Shown in pieces: positions 18,334-28,264 of a stretch of 64,000 nt of DNA. The first letter of the stretch is position 1. Each line of letters opens with the position of its first letter. The notes under the pieces are model-generated. The model had not been told where the DNA came from and ran no database searches. It was given only the letters and a program-made list of their open reading frames with translations. The position numbers were made by a program, and so were the translations under genes. Source of the DNA: Patescibacteria group bacterium (lineage in GTDB: Bacteria > Patescibacteriota > Minisyncoccia > Phycocordibacterales > Phycocordibacteraceae); assembly GCA_038057055.1 (NCBI GenBank), contig JBBUDY010000019.1:25101-89100 (forward strand), written 5' to 3'.

Positions 18334-19434
18334 CTATTGATTCATTGGAGAAACAAGATATAAGAGGGATGTATCACCTACCCCTTTTATAATGAGTGGT
18401 CGACCAACACCTGCCGCGAGAAGAGAAATACTTTCTGTGGTTGTAAGGGAAAGAGCTGTAGTAAGATATCGATGATTAAATGAGAGATCAAGTGCACTTC
18501 CTGATATGTGTGCTGGTATTGTCTCTGATGACTCACCAATATCTGTATTTCGTGCAAAAAAAGAAAAAGAATTCTTTTTTGGATCGAAACTGATACGTAT
18601 TTTTTGAAATGAATCAGAAAATATAACTGTTCGTTTTAAAGCTGTTTCAAAATCTTTTCGTAATATAACAGCTTCAACAATCGATTCTTTTGGAATAATT
18701 TGTCGATAATCGGGATAGGTGGCATTTGTCAATCTTGAAACAAGCATACCTATACTACTCACAAATGCACATTGATGATCATCAAAAGAAACAATAATAT
18801 CATCATCCGGTAATGCTTGAGCTATCTCAAGTGCATTTTTTGCTGGGATAAGAAATTTTCCTTGAGTTCCTTTATTTGAGAGTGGTACTTTTTTTTCTGC
18901 GAGTCTGAATGAATCTGTTGCAACCGCAGTGAGTACCCCTCCTTCTATAGATAAATATAGACTTGCGAGCTCTGGACGAACTACTGAAGATGATGCACAA
19001 GACGCTATGGTAGTGAAAAGAGTACGGAGAAGAACACCAGGAACTATAATTCTATTTTTTGCATTTTCTGGAAATGGTATTGAAGGAAAATCATCATATG
19101 GAATGGTTTTTATTGAACTTTTCCCTGTACCGCTTATAAGGGTAATAACATCACCTATATGTTCGAGATTAATTTTTCCCTCATAAGTAAGGGAACTTGC
19201 TATTTGTTGTAATACACTAGCAGGAATAGCAACAACCCCGTTAGAAATAATTTGTCCTTCTAGTTTTAAATCAATACCGGTCTCAAGATTTGTCGCCCTC
19301 ATTTTTATACCTTCATCGCTCGCAATAAGTAATACTGAAGAGAGAGCTGGGAGTGTCCCTATTTTTTTCTCAGCAAAACGAGAAACAATATGTACTGCAT
19401 CTGAGAATTTCTTTTTTTCAATTGAAATATTCAT
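18334..19434 (-). CDS. dnaN: DNA polymerase III beta sliding clamp
   Basis: 366 aa, position immediately downstream of dnaA, three-domain length, N-terminus MNISIEKKKFSDAV. Confidence 0.9.
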   Translation of the reverse strand: MNISIEKKKFSDAVHIVSRFAEKKIGTLPALSSVLLIASDEGIKMRATNLETGIDLKLEGQIISNGVVAIPASVLQQIASSLTYEGKINLEHIGDVITLISGTGKSSIKTIPYDDFPSIPFPENAKNRIIVPGVLLRTLFTTIASCASSSVVRPELASLYLSIEGGVLTAVATDSFRLAEKKVPLSNKGTQGKFLIPAKNALEIAQALPDDDIIVSFDDHQCAFVSSIGMLVSRLTNATYPDYRQIIPKESIVEAVILRKDFETALKRTVIFSDSFQKIRISFDPKKNSFSFFARNTDIGESSETIPAHISGSALDLSFNHRYLTTALSLTTTESISLLAAGVGRPLIIKGVGDTSLLYLVSPMNQ

Positions 19435-19546
19435 ACAAGCTCTATTAGGACTGTTGATAAGGGGAAAAGTGAAGAAAAGCTATATACATATTGGTTATTT
19501 TCATAGGAAGAAAATATATAAAATGTTGATAAGTCTTCATATAGAT
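19435..19546. promoter_or_regulatory. Candidate oriC segment (dnaA-dnaN intergenic)
   Basis: Two identical 9-mers TGTTGATAA (19452-19460, 19524-19532), which are TTATCAACA on the other strand, one mismatch from the DnaA box TTATCCACA. AT-rich tract AAAATATATAAAAT. Confidence 0.5.
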
Positions 19547-20899
19547 TCATATAAGGAGTGTTCGTATATTTTGTATTTCCTTTGCAAGCTCACTATCCAC
19601 AATTACTTCACGCTTTATCTTCTCACATGAGTGGATAACCGTCGTGTGATCACGTCCCCCAAGTTTCGTACCAATAGTGGGGTAAGAAATACTAAAATCC
19701 TCCCGAAGAAGGTACATAATCACCTGTCGAGGACGTACTACTTCCCTCCTCCGTGTTTTTTCATAAATACTTTCTTCATCAATACCGTAATATTCAGCAA
19801 CTTTATCAACAATATTCTTCACTGATATATTTTTTTGCGGTCGGGTGAATGAACGTAATGATTGACGCACTTCCGCTATATTAGGGGCAAATCCTTTCAC
19901 TTGAGCATTACAAATAATACTATTTACCATACCCTCTAATTCACGAATAGAACCGGACATAGAGGTTGCAACATACTCAACAACCTCATCTGAGAGAATA
20001 ACCCCATGACTTGCCGCCTTCTTCTTCACAATAGCCATACGCGACTCAGGATCGGGCTCCCCAATATCGATAGTCATACCACTCGCCAAACGCCCTTTTA
20101 AACGCTCGGTAATATCGGGAATAGCGAGTGGTGCGCGGTCAGAAGAAAATATGATTTGTTTGTTTGTGTCGTGGAGGGCATTAAATAAATGGAAGAGTTC
20201 CTCCTCACTCCGCTCTTTTTTTGAAAGAAATTGTATATCATCGATAATAAGAAGATCATAATGACGATATTTTTCTTTAAATCGATTTGCAGTACCTGCT
20301 TGTACTGAATCAGTGTAATCAACCACAAATTTTTCTGACGTGAGATAAAACACCTTTCTTCCTTGATACAATTTTTTAAATTGGTTTCCTATTGCTTGGA
20401 TGAGATGCGTCTTACCACGTCCAGTATCGCCGTAGATAAAAAGAGGATTATACGTAATACCCGGACGCGTCAGTACTGCTTGTGCAGCAGCATACGCAAG
20501 ATTATTAAATGAACCAATAACAAAGGTATCAAAGGTATAACGCGGATTTAAATTATCACTTTTATTTATATAGAATTCATTTAAAGGAAGTTCTAAAGCG
20601 CCGCTCCGTGTATTTTTTATTTCCTTCGGTATTTTTCTGTTTTCATTTTTTACAATAAGATATTCGATGTTACGAAACTCATATGATACACCACGAACTA
20701 TTTTTAACAAAAGTGAATGAAACTTTTTTAAATACCATTCTTTAAAAAACTGACTTGGTACACCAATATGTATGACCCCGTCCTCCACCTTTACAATAAA
20801 GCTATTATGGAACCAGGTATTGAAATTTGCGGCGGATATTGAGAGTTCGACTTGGGTGAGGACATATTCCCATAATTCCCTTGAATTTCCTTTATCCAT
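19547..20899 (-). CDS. dnaA: Chromosomal replication initiator DnaA
   Basis: AAA+ Walker A GDTGRGKTHL, Walker B LLIIDDIQFL, C-terminal DNA-binding helix (GGRDHTTVIHSCEKI). Start at MDKGNS. Confidence 0.96.
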   Translation of the reverse strand: MDKGNSRELWEYVLTQVELSISAANFNTWFHNSFIVKVEDGVIHIGVPSQFFKEWYLKKFHSLLLKIVRGVSYEFRNIEYLIVKNENRKIPKEIKNTRSGALELPLNEFYINKSDNLNPRYTFDTFVIGSFNNLAYAAAQAVLTRPGITYNPLFIYGDTGRGKTHLIQAIGNQFKKLYQGRKVFYLTSEKFVVDYTDSVQAGTANRFKEKYRHYDLLIIDDIQFLSKKERSEEELFHLFNALHDTNKQIIFSSDRAPLAIPDITERLKGRLASGMTIDIGEPDPESRMAIVKKKAASHGVILSDEVVEYVATSMSGSIRELEGMVNSIICNAQVKGFAPNIAEVRQSLRSFTRPQKNISVKNIVDKVAEYYGIDEESIYEKTRRREVVRPRQVIMYLLREDFSISYPTIGTKLGGRDHTTVIHSCEKIKREVIVDSELAKEIQNIRTLLI

Positions 20900-20990
20900 A
20901 GTGTTTTGGAGTATACGCTGACTCAGAAAGAAAGGCACGGGTAGCATTTCGGGGAAAACCTGTTAGTATCATGTGTATAACCTATATTGT

Positions 20991-21128
20991 ATGGCAAAAC
21001 AGACATATCAGCCGAAAAAGAAGAAAAGAGCTACCACTCACGGATTCCTCGCGAGGACAAAGACAAGTGCGGGGCGTAAAATCGTGCAGAAGCGCCGCCG
21101 CATCGGGCGCAAGCGCCTTACGCCGTAA
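20991..21128 (+). CDS. rpmH: 50S ribosomal protein L34
   Basis: [45 protein letters not shown]. Below the ORF-track length cutoff; found by reading the sequence. Confidence 0.93.
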   Translation: MAKQTYQPKKKKRATTHGFLARTKTSAGRKIVQKRRRIGRKRLTP

Positions 21129-21135
21129 TATTCTT

Positions 21136-21435
21136 GTGTTTCCTCGCCGCCAGAGGCTCTCTCGGGCAGTATTTCCCTCAGGATTGAAAGGAAAACGCCT
21201 TATTTCCAAAAATCTGTCCGTGCTCCTCCCTCAAGAAGGAGTACAAGGGTATGCAGTCGTTCTACCAAAAAAAGTCGCTCGGCTGGCGGTGACCCGTCAC
21301 CGTATTAAGCGGCATATCCTTGCTGCGCTCCGAACACTCTCCCTTCCTCCCTCCCTTATTGTTTTTCCCAAAATATCTGTACATAGTGTAAGCTACGAAG
21401 ACATTCGTACGGAATTAAAAAATCTTCTTTCGTGA
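21136..21435 (+). CDS. rnpA: RNase P protein component
   Basis: Position after rpmH. Basic N-terminus RRQRLSR and RHRIKRHILAALR motif. GTG start inferred. Confidence 0.75.
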   Translation: MFPRRQRLSRAVFPSGLKGKRLISKNLSVLLPQEGVQGYAVVLPKKVARLAVTRHRIKRHILAALRTLSLPPSLIVFPKISVHSVSYEDIRTELKNLLS

Positions 21436-22163
21436 TATCTTCTTTCTTTAACACCGCTTTCTACGATCCTATTTATAATGCGCTCGTCGCGCTCGTCTCA
21501 TTTATTCCTGGCGGAGATGTGGGTGTCGCAGTCATTCTTGTGACGATTGTTATACGCCTCCTCCTCCTCCCCTTCTCTCTTTCGGCGGCGCGCACCCAAC
21601 GGGCAATGAAAGTGCTTGAACCGAAGATTAAGGACCTGAAGGAAAAACATAAAGGTGATAAAGAAAAAGAAGCGCTTGAAACCCTCTCACTCTATCGAGA
21701 AGCAAAAGTGAACCCATTTGCAAGTATTCTGACCGTTTTTATTCAAATTCCTATTCTTCTCGCTCTCTACTTTGTCTTCTATTATGAACCATTTCCGGCT
21801 ATCAATGCTGCGCGACTGTACTCATTTACCCCGACTCCGGACATAGCATCACTTGAATTCCTCGGGCTAATTTCAGTTGCAAGCAAAAGTATGGTACTGG
21901 CACTTCTCGCAGGGATAACGCAGTTTTATCAGGCACATCTCGCACTCTCGGGGACAATGAAGCCATCAGACACAAAAAGTATGCAGAACGATTTTCAAAG
22001 GATTATGGGTCTGCAGTTGAAATATGTGTTTCCGTTCCTTATCGGAACCATTGCATACACCACCTCCGGTGCCATTGCGCTGTACTTTATTACCACAAAT
22101 CTTGCTGGCTCTTTGCAGGAAATATATGTGCGCCGAGCGCTTACGGCAGAAGAATCACAATGA
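21432..22163 (+). CDS. yidC: Membrane protein insertase YidC (short type)
   Basis: rpmH-rnpA-yidC synteny, 5 TM helices, LLLLPFSLSAARTQRAMKVLEPKIKDLKEKH. Confidence 0.88.
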   Translation: MISSFFNTAFYDPIYNALVALVSFIPGGDVGVAVILVTIVIRLLLLPFSLSAARTQRAMKVLEPKIKDLKEKHKGDKEKEALETLSLYREAKVNPFASILTVFIQIPILLALYFVFYYEPFPAINAARLYSFTPTPDIASLEFLGLISVASKSMVLALLAGITQFYQAHLALSGTMKPSDTKSMQNDFQRIMGLQLKYVFPFLIGTIAYTTSGAIALYFITTNLAGSLQEIYVRRALTAEESQ

Positions 22164-23348
22164 GTAACTCCAGAGTGAGAGATCATTTTTATTCACAAAT
22201 ACAAGCGTTGAATTAAGTTGATCGACAACGAGCGATTCAGCATCAAGTAAAGTGTTCGTTTCTTTCGTAAAGTCGAGTACCAGCTGTGCGTAGCGCCCAG
22301 ACACCTGTACCTTCCATATCCGATCAGAGAAATGTACCGCACCCTGATACCAGTCATCAGGGTAGGATCCAAAAGGAAATTCTAATGGGACACCACAGTA
22401 AATAACTGAATCATCGGCTGACCATACGCATTTGTCTGTGATGGTGGAAATAGGAAGGGAGAGAACCTCGTTTGTTGTTGTATTTACCAGCCCCATTTGC
22501 ATAGACCCATTGAGTGAATAACTCACGAGTACCCATTTTCCTGAAGGGCTTGCGAGAGCAGTGAGCCCCATGCGCGGACCGAATATGCGAGAAAAGATGC
22601 CAGCACTATCAACGAGATAGGCGTTGCCCAGGAGGAGAGATGATGGTTTTGTATAAACGAGATACTGATTTTTCCCTGCGAAAGAAGCATGAATTGCAGA
22701 TAAGGGTGTAGTGAATATTTGAGTTGCATGTGAGCCGTCAACATTCGTGAGTGAACCAATTGAACCATTGACTCCAGAGGCAAGAATAAGAACGCTCGTC
22801 GAGGACACGGCGATGTCAGCAAGATTTTGAGATAAAAAGAAACCTCCGGAACCACTAAGAGGGAGTGCATAGGTGTTGATAGTGGAAGAATTGTCTCCAG
22901 AGAGATAGCGCACAAAAGCAAGTGAGGCGTTCGGGAGCCAAGAGGCAGACTGGATACCCGGAATAGTTTTATTGGAGGTGCGTGTTGTTGCTCTTGAAGC
23001 GGTACTGTATGAGAAGATGTTGCCACTTTCGCGATCGATATAATTCACGGTCGTTTCTGGGGTAGAACTTGTGCTCACAGTCTTGCTGACGACACTTTCG
23101 CCGAGCGCGACCGGTCCCACACTGATACGTACTAATCGTGGTGAGACAGTAGTCGGGGTGTTAGGAGAGACGATGGTACCACCACCCTCGGGTATACCTG
23201 TCTGCGACGTTCCCTGCCCTGCTATCGGGAGACCTACCCCGGGAGTGGTCGTCACCACTGGCTTTTTGGCAAGGAATAAGAAATAAATAATCACCCCCAC
23301 TCCGAGGAGAAGTATCACCACTGCCGCAATAAGTAAGTACCGTCGCAT
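22155..23348 (-). CDS. Membrane-anchored extracellular protein of the T4SS-like cluster
   Basis: N-terminal TM (LLIAAVVILLLGVGVIIYFLFL), Ser/Thr-rich beta-rich body. Start at MRRYLL, 8 nt after the upstream stop. Confidence 0.55.
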   Translation of the reverse strand: MRRYLLIAAVVILLLGVGVIIYFLFLAKKPVVTTTPGVGLPIAGQGTSQTGIPEGGGTIVSPNTPTTVSPRLVRISVGPVALGESVVSKTVSTSSTPETTVNYIDRESGNIFSYSTASRATTRTSNKTIPGIQSASWLPNASLAFVRYLSGDNSSTINTYALPLSGSGGFFLSQNLADIAVSSTSVLILASGVNGSIGSLTNVDGSHATQIFTTPLSAIHASFAGKNQYLVYTKPSSLLLGNAYLVDSAGIFSRIFGPRMGLTALASPSGKWVLVSYSLNGSMQMGLVNTTTNEVLSLPISTITDKCVWSADDSVIYCGVPLEFPFGSYPDDWYQGAVHFSDRIWKVQVSGRYAQLVLDFTKETNTLLDAESLVVDQLNSTLVFVNKNDLSLWSYSL

Positions 23349-23355
23349 AGTTATT

Positions 23356-24069
23356 TTACTGGCAAGAGCCGTGTGCTTTTGAAGCGTCATATAATAATCC
23401 TCCTGGAGGATCTAGTACCACCTTCTTGTCAGGAGGACAGGTTTGGCACACATATTTATTTACGCCGCCCAATACTGGTAAAATGAGACCAGGACCACCC
23501 GTTGCTGCGGTACACTCTGTCTGTTTTTGCTCAAGAACGGATCTCACAGTTCCTTTGAGGGTAACTAGATTAATTTCGAAACCATACAAAACTCTTCCTC
23601 CTTGCGATTCTCTTATCTCCCGATCTTCAGCTGGGAGTGTATATGTCGATGTTGTTGGCGTATACGGTGTGTACTCAAGATCAAGCGGGGGGAGATTGAG
23701 TGAAAGATTTAAGATACGCGGGTTGATGATAGAGAAGACAAGGACGGGCGAGAGGACAAGTACGAGACCGAAGATGGCATTTAGTATCTTCTCTTTTCCC
23801 GCGCCCTTCGCTCCCGGCACGTCCTGTGTTGCATACTCAAGCCCGCCCCAGATAATCATAATGACGGCGAGCGCCGCGGCGAGACCGACGCAATACTTAT
23901 AGAGATTATTGAAAAAGTTTCCGAAGTCAACAGAACCATTCACCATCTTTACTACTCCCACTTCCGTTAGTCCTGGAATAGGAGCAAGTGGCACAAATCC
24001 TTGTGCGAAGACGTGTGGGGCGACACTAAAGAGAAAGAAGAAAGCAGACACGAAGATTAGTTTTTTCAT
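23356..24069 (-). CDS. Putative T4SS pilin-like protein (TrbC/VirB2-like topology)
   Basis: Signal peptide ending FAQG, then two hydrophobic helices (LAAALAVIMIIWGGL; AIFGLVLVLSPVLVFSII). C-terminal extension with Cys. Confidence 0.45.
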   Translation of the reverse strand: MKKLIFVSAFFFLFSVAPHVFAQGFVPLAPIPGLTEVGVVKMVNGSVDFGNFFNNLYKYCVGLAAALAVIMIIWGGLEYATQDVPGAKGAGKEKILNAIFGLVLVLSPVLVFSIINPRILNLSLNLPPLDLEYTPYTPTTSTYTLPAEDREIRESQGGRVLYGFEINLVTLKGTVRSVLEQKQTECTAATGGPGLILPVLGGVNKYVCQTCPPDKKVVLDPPGGLLYDASKAHGSCQ

Positions 24070-25049
24070 AAGCCAAAGAAGTTAGAGCTTTCTGTCGCAC
24101 CAAATAGAAGTGAGAGGTCCATCGATGCGGTCAGAGTACTCCCTGAAGAGGCGGTGAGCGAGAGTGACGCAGTCCCTTGCCCGTCTCCTGTGGGACGTAG
24201 CGTGATAGAGCTTCCTGTTTGCGCGGGAGAACCATTGACGAACCACTGGAGAAAAGGAGCTCCCCGAGCTGTCGGGAGTGAGAAGGGCGCTCCGTAGAGT
24301 GTCGATTCTGCGCCAGTGATAGAGAAGGAACCTATAAGTGCGCGATCGAAGCGAATGCCGAGAAGCGGATCATTCTCATATATTCGCATCGAGGGCTCTT
24401 GCGGAGAGAGGGAGACAGTGCTGCCGCCGACGAGAGTTCCACCCTGGTTCGTGACTTCGACTGAGACGTCGCGAGCGCGATATTGGAGCGGCGACGCGAC
24501 GATAATGGCGCTTTTGCCGATGCCTGAAGAGTTTGCGATACGAGTATCATCGACGACCCATTTATAGGTGAGGGTAGAGGAGTCGACTGATACACCACCT
24601 GCAGTTCTAAAATTTGCCACAGCAACGACGCGCGCACTCCCCTCGACTGGTACCGAGGGTTTGCCGGGGTAGAGTGGTGGCGCCGAAGAGATTGGTTCAG
24701 CGACGAGGGAAACATCTTGGGGTTGAATTGAGACCGTCTGTCTGTAGTTTGTACCGCCGACCACTATCGTTACTTCCACCTGGGTGACACCCCCGGCTTT
24801 CCCGAGAGAGAGAGCAACAGGACGTACACTCCCCTGATAGACATTCTTTCCCCCACTCGTGACAGTCATCGTTGCGTTTGCGAGGTCGAGTGAACTTGAC
24901 TCAATAGAGAGGGTCATTCGACTATACGGCGCTGGATATTGAGGATTGATTGAGACGGTGAATGGCGCGGTGTTTCCTATCGATCCCATAAACTGTGCCG
25001 TAACCACAGCTGGAAGGAGGAGAGAGAGAGTAAGAACAGCAAGACGCAT
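24066..25049 (-). CDS. Secreted protein of the T4SS-like cluster
   Basis: Signal peptide MRLAVLTLSLLLPAVVTAQF. Repetitive beta-rich sequence. Translationally coupled to its neighbours. Confidence 0.55.
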   Translation of the reverse strand: MRLAVLTLSLLLPAVVTAQFMGSIGNTAPFTVSINPQYPAPYSRMTLSIESSSLDLANATMTVTSGGKNVYQGSVRPVALSLGKAGGVTQVEVTIVVGGTNYRQTVSIQPQDVSLVAEPISSAPPLYPGKPSVPVEGSARVVAVANFRTAGGVSVDSSTLTYKWVVDDTRIANSSGIGKSAIIVASPLQYRARDVSVEVTNQGGTLVGGSTVSLSPQEPSMRIYENDPLLGIRFDRALIGSFSITGAESTLYGAPFSLPTARGAPFLQWFVNGSPAQTGSSITLRPTGDGQGTASLSLTASSGSTLTASMDLSLLFGATESSNFFGL

Positions 25050-25078
25050 ACTTCTAGTATAGCGCCTACGCGAGGTAG

Positions 25079-25756
25079 CTATGCTGCCTTATCCATCCGT
25101 TGGGTATATTCGTCATCATTTGCCGCTTCTACTCTCTCTTGTTCGTATGCCGCATCGTTTGCCGCCCCCTGCTGCATTGATATAGCTCCTTGAGCTGCTT
25201 GAATTTGTGCAGCCTGTGCCATTTGTTCGTTTCTCTCCCGCAGTCGAGCGTCTGCCGTATCCTTCTCCCATTTTTTGAATGCTGCTGTCTCGACTTTGAT
25301 TTGATTTCTGTACATTCGCCATGTGGTGAAAGTCAATGCGGGGAGGGCATTGACAAAAGGAACTTCGCTCACCGCGAGACTAACAACGAACGAAAACAAG
25401 TTTTCTTTAAATATGCGCGCATTGGTCATCACCATCTTCATTCCAATCACCAGCCATCCGATAAGGCCCGTCGCCATAGCCATTACCACTCCAATGGGAG
25501 TAGTTGCTTCTACCGCTGCAGTTCCCACCACCGCAGCGACACCAGAACAAACTATTGCCGCGGTTTTCATTCCGAGCCATCCAAATGTCCATGACGATAA
25601 GACACCACTCGCTTTTGCTGTGCAATACAGAGCGGCAAGTGCTGGTCCCAAAAACCAAAAGAAGGTGAAAAATAGACGCACAGTATCAAAGGTTCCAGAC
25701 ATGACAATAGTTGGCATCGCCTTCGACCAGGTCATCAACGGGGGTGGTTCGGTCAT
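25079..25756 (-). CDS. Polytopic membrane protein (possible VirB6/TrbL analogue) with Gln/Ala-rich C-terminal coil
   Basis: About 5 TM helices followed by AQAAQIQAAQGAISMQQGAAN. Start at MTEPPP, downstream of the virB4 stop. Confidence 0.45.
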   Translation of the reverse strand: MTEPPPLMTWSKAMPTIVMSGTFDTVRLFFTFFWFLGPALAALYCTAKASGVLSSWTFGWLGMKTAAIVCSGVAAVVGTAAVEATTPIGVVMAMATGLIGWLVIGMKMVMTNARIFKENLFSFVVSLAVSEVPFVNALPALTFTTWRMYRNQIKVETAAFKKWEKDTADARLRERNEQMAQAAQIQAAQGAISMQQGAANDAAYEQERVEAANDDEYTQRMDKAA

Positions 25757-25781
25757 TTTGCCGCGGCGGAGCCGCGGCAAA

Positions 25782-27602
25782 CTAGGTGTTCTTTTCGGCG
25801 GCATATCGTTGCTTCTCCGCTTTTATTGCCATGAGTTGTGAGGGGTCGGAGGTGATAATCTGGTCTTCGGTATAACTTGCGACGACCTTAATCGCGACGT
25901 GTTTGAGACCCGCGAAGAAGAGCCCCTCCCCTACTCCCGCCTCAAGCAATAGATATTTTTCCTCGTCGGTGAGATTAAATGTTTTCTGCAGTACATCAAT
26001 CGTTGTCGAAGACTGTTTCAACAAGAGTTGCATTGAAGAGTTGGTGAGAATCGGTCGACCGTACGGGCTCTTTAAGAAGTCTTCAACGTCTTGGGTGATG
26101 GTGCAGACGCCGAGATAATATTTGCGGCCACGTTTCGCGAGAGAGTAGAGAAATGACGCGGTGTCGTCGCTCTTCATCATCCACCACGCCTCATCGACAA
26201 TGAGCAGACGTTTCTTGATGTCATGGCGCACCTCGTTCCACACGTAGTGGGTGAGGATATACATCGCGACCGGCTTTAATTCGTCCTCCATATCGCGTAC
26301 CGAGAAGACGGCGAATTGCTGTTTGATATCGATATTCGTCGGTTCATTGAGAAATCCAGACCACGTGCCGCGGGTGTATTTTGAAAGGCGCTCAAGGAGT
26401 GAGGTACTTCCCTCCATACCGGAGAGCACTTGTTCAAAGTCTGAGAGGAGCGGCGGTTCTGCACCCGTGAAGTCGGCGTCACCGGTAATATCTTTGAGCG
26501 CATACGTCTCGCTGATGGCGCGGTCGATGATAGCGTCTTCTTCAGGCGAAAGGCCGGAGAGCATAATGCGGAAGAGTCCAACGAGCGCGATGATGTTGGA
26601 GCGCAAAATATCCTTTGGGTCCTCATCCTCTTTGACCGGCGGGAGATCAAATGGATTGATATGGTGCTCAGAGGAGAGTGAGATGTTAAAGGAGCGGCCG
26701 CCAGTCGCTTCAGCGAGTTGCTCATATTCGCGTTCTGGATCGATGACAATAACATCGGTACCGAACATAAGTGCGCGTATGATTTCAAGCTTCGTCGAAT
26801 AACTCTTACCAGAACCGGACTTTGCGAAGACGACTGAATTGTAGTTTTCGAGCGAGAAGCGGTCAAAGAGAATAAGCGAAGAGTTATGGCGATTGATACC
26901 GTAGAGAATGCCGCGGTCGCTCGTGAGGTCGAAGGAGACAAACGGGAAAATAGAGGAGAGCGGCGAGGAGTTTAATTTCGTATTCACGAGGAGCTCGTCA
27001 GTGCCGAGTGGGAGGCACGAACGGAATCCTTGCTCCTGTTGGAAGAGTGCCGGTTTTGTATAGACGAGTTTTGAATCAAGGATGCCGCGGATATTACCCT
27101 CGGTCTTTTCTATCTCTTCTTTTGTATCGCCATAGAGTGCAAGATACAGACCAACATCAAAAAGCTTTTCTTGCGCTTGTTGGAGACTGTCGCGCAAACT
27201 CTCAAGATCTTGGTAGCCCGTGTCGAGAAGCGGGTCACGTACAAGACCCTTCTCCTCCCTTTCATTAATCTGACTCTGATACTCCGCGACTTTTTTCTGG
27301 AAACCGCGGAGTGCTTGTTCAGTGTCTATTGGGTGGATGAAGATGGATACATCGAGCACTTTATCGAGATTGATGACCGGCGAGAACCAGCTATCAGAAA
27401 GATAGCGCGGGTATGAGATGGTGTAGAAGGCACGGACGAACTTTTCACCAAGCTCGAGCTCACGCGGGCTTATTTTGAGCGCGGTCGGAGAGATGGTGTC
27501 GACAAGGTCGAGAGCGCCCTGTTTATAGATATCTTTCGGAAGCACCGGCATAACCGATGGAGCTTCTTCTTTTTTGCGATGGAGAAAATCGAGAAGGGAC
27601 AT
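25782..27602 (-). CDS. virB4: VirB4/TrbE-family T4SS ATPase (C-terminal ATPase part)
   Basis: Walker A FAKSGSGKSY, Walker B LLIVDEAWWMM, conserved GVCTITQ. Confidence 0.85.
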   Translation of the reverse strand: MSLLDFLHRKKEEAPSVMPVLPKDIYKQGALDLVDTISPTALKISPRELELGEKFVRAFYTISYPRYLSDSWFSPVINLDKVLDVSIFIHPIDTEQALRGFQKKVAEYQSQINEREEKGLVRDPLLDTGYQDLESLRDSLQQAQEKLFDVGLYLALYGDTKEEIEKTEGNIRGILDSKLVYTKPALFQQEQGFRSCLPLGTDELLVNTKLNSSPLSSIFPFVSFDLTSDRGILYGINRHNSSLILFDRFSLENYNSVVFAKSGSGKSYSTKLEIIRALMFGTDVIVIDPEREYEQLAEATGGRSFNISLSSEHHINPFDLPPVKEDEDPKDILRSNIIALVGLFRIMLSGLSPEEDAIIDRAISETYALKDITGDADFTGAEPPLLSDFEQVLSGMEGSTSLLERLSKYTRGTWSGFLNEPTNIDIKQQFAVFSVRDMEDELKPVAMYILTHYVWNEVRHDIKKRLLIVDEAWWMMKSDDTASFLYSLAKRGRKYYLGVCTITQDVEDFLKSPYGRPILTNSSMQLLLKQSSTTIDVLQKTFNLTDEEKYLLLEAGVGEGLFFAGLKHVAIKVVASYTEDQIITSDPSQLMAIKAEKQRYAAEKNT

Positions 27603-27604
27603 AA

Positions 27605-28264
27605 TTAGGTGTCGAGACGGATAGGATTCTCGAGTTCGCCCGGGTTGAAAGAGCGATACAGAAGCTCGATGACCTCTTCAGTACCGAGCGGGACCGCACG
27701 GACGCCGACGCCCGCGAGCCCGCTCCCGACGAGCGTCATCCTTTGTTCGAGTTGCGCCTGCTCCTCTGCAAAAGAGGTTTCAGAATTAGCATCTTTCTCC
27801 GCGGCATTTTCATGACGCAGGAAATTCACTGTTTTTGTAGCAGAGAAGTGAGGGGAGTACGGCACGATGACATAAAAAGATTTTGTCATGATATTTGCCT
27901 GGTCGGCAAAAGAACGGATGAACTCAATATATTCATGAAGCTGGACTCGCATAAGCTCGGTTTTTTGCTCCGTCTCTTTTTCAGCGAGGAGCGCGAGGTA
28001 CGGACGCAGGTCCATCTTTCGTGAATTGATAACGATTTGAATTGAGAAATCGAGCGTATTGAGGAAATTCTGAAAACCGAGAATGATTGCGTGCTGCTCC
28101 TCAGTCGACTTAAGACCGAAATTAATCGCGGAACAAATCAGGACACCGCGGTAACTACTGTCTTTGAGGATAATAACGCCATTCCGGATTTCCTTCACCG
28201 GGACGAATTGTTGCGTTGCATTTGCAGAGGCGAGTGCCATATCAGGATGTTTTTTGCATACCAT
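27605..28264 (-). CDS. VirB4 N-terminal-domain-like protein (split from the ATPase)
   Basis: QFVPVKEIRNGVIILKDSSYRGVLICSAINFGLKSTEEQ resembles the N-terminal region of VirB4/TraC-type ATPases. Stop lies 2 nt before the ATPase start, in a different frame. Confidence 0.5.
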   Translation of the reverse strand: MVCKKHPDMALASANATQQFVPVKEIRNGVIILKDSSYRGVLICSAINFGLKSTEEQHAIILGFQNFLNTLDFSIQIVINSRKMDLRPYLALLAEKETEQKTELMRVQLHEYIEFIRSFADQANIMTKSFYVIVPYSPHFSATKTVNFLRHENAAEKDANSETSFAEEQAQLEQRMTLVGSGLAGVGVRAVPLGTEEVIELLYRSFNPGELENPIRLDT

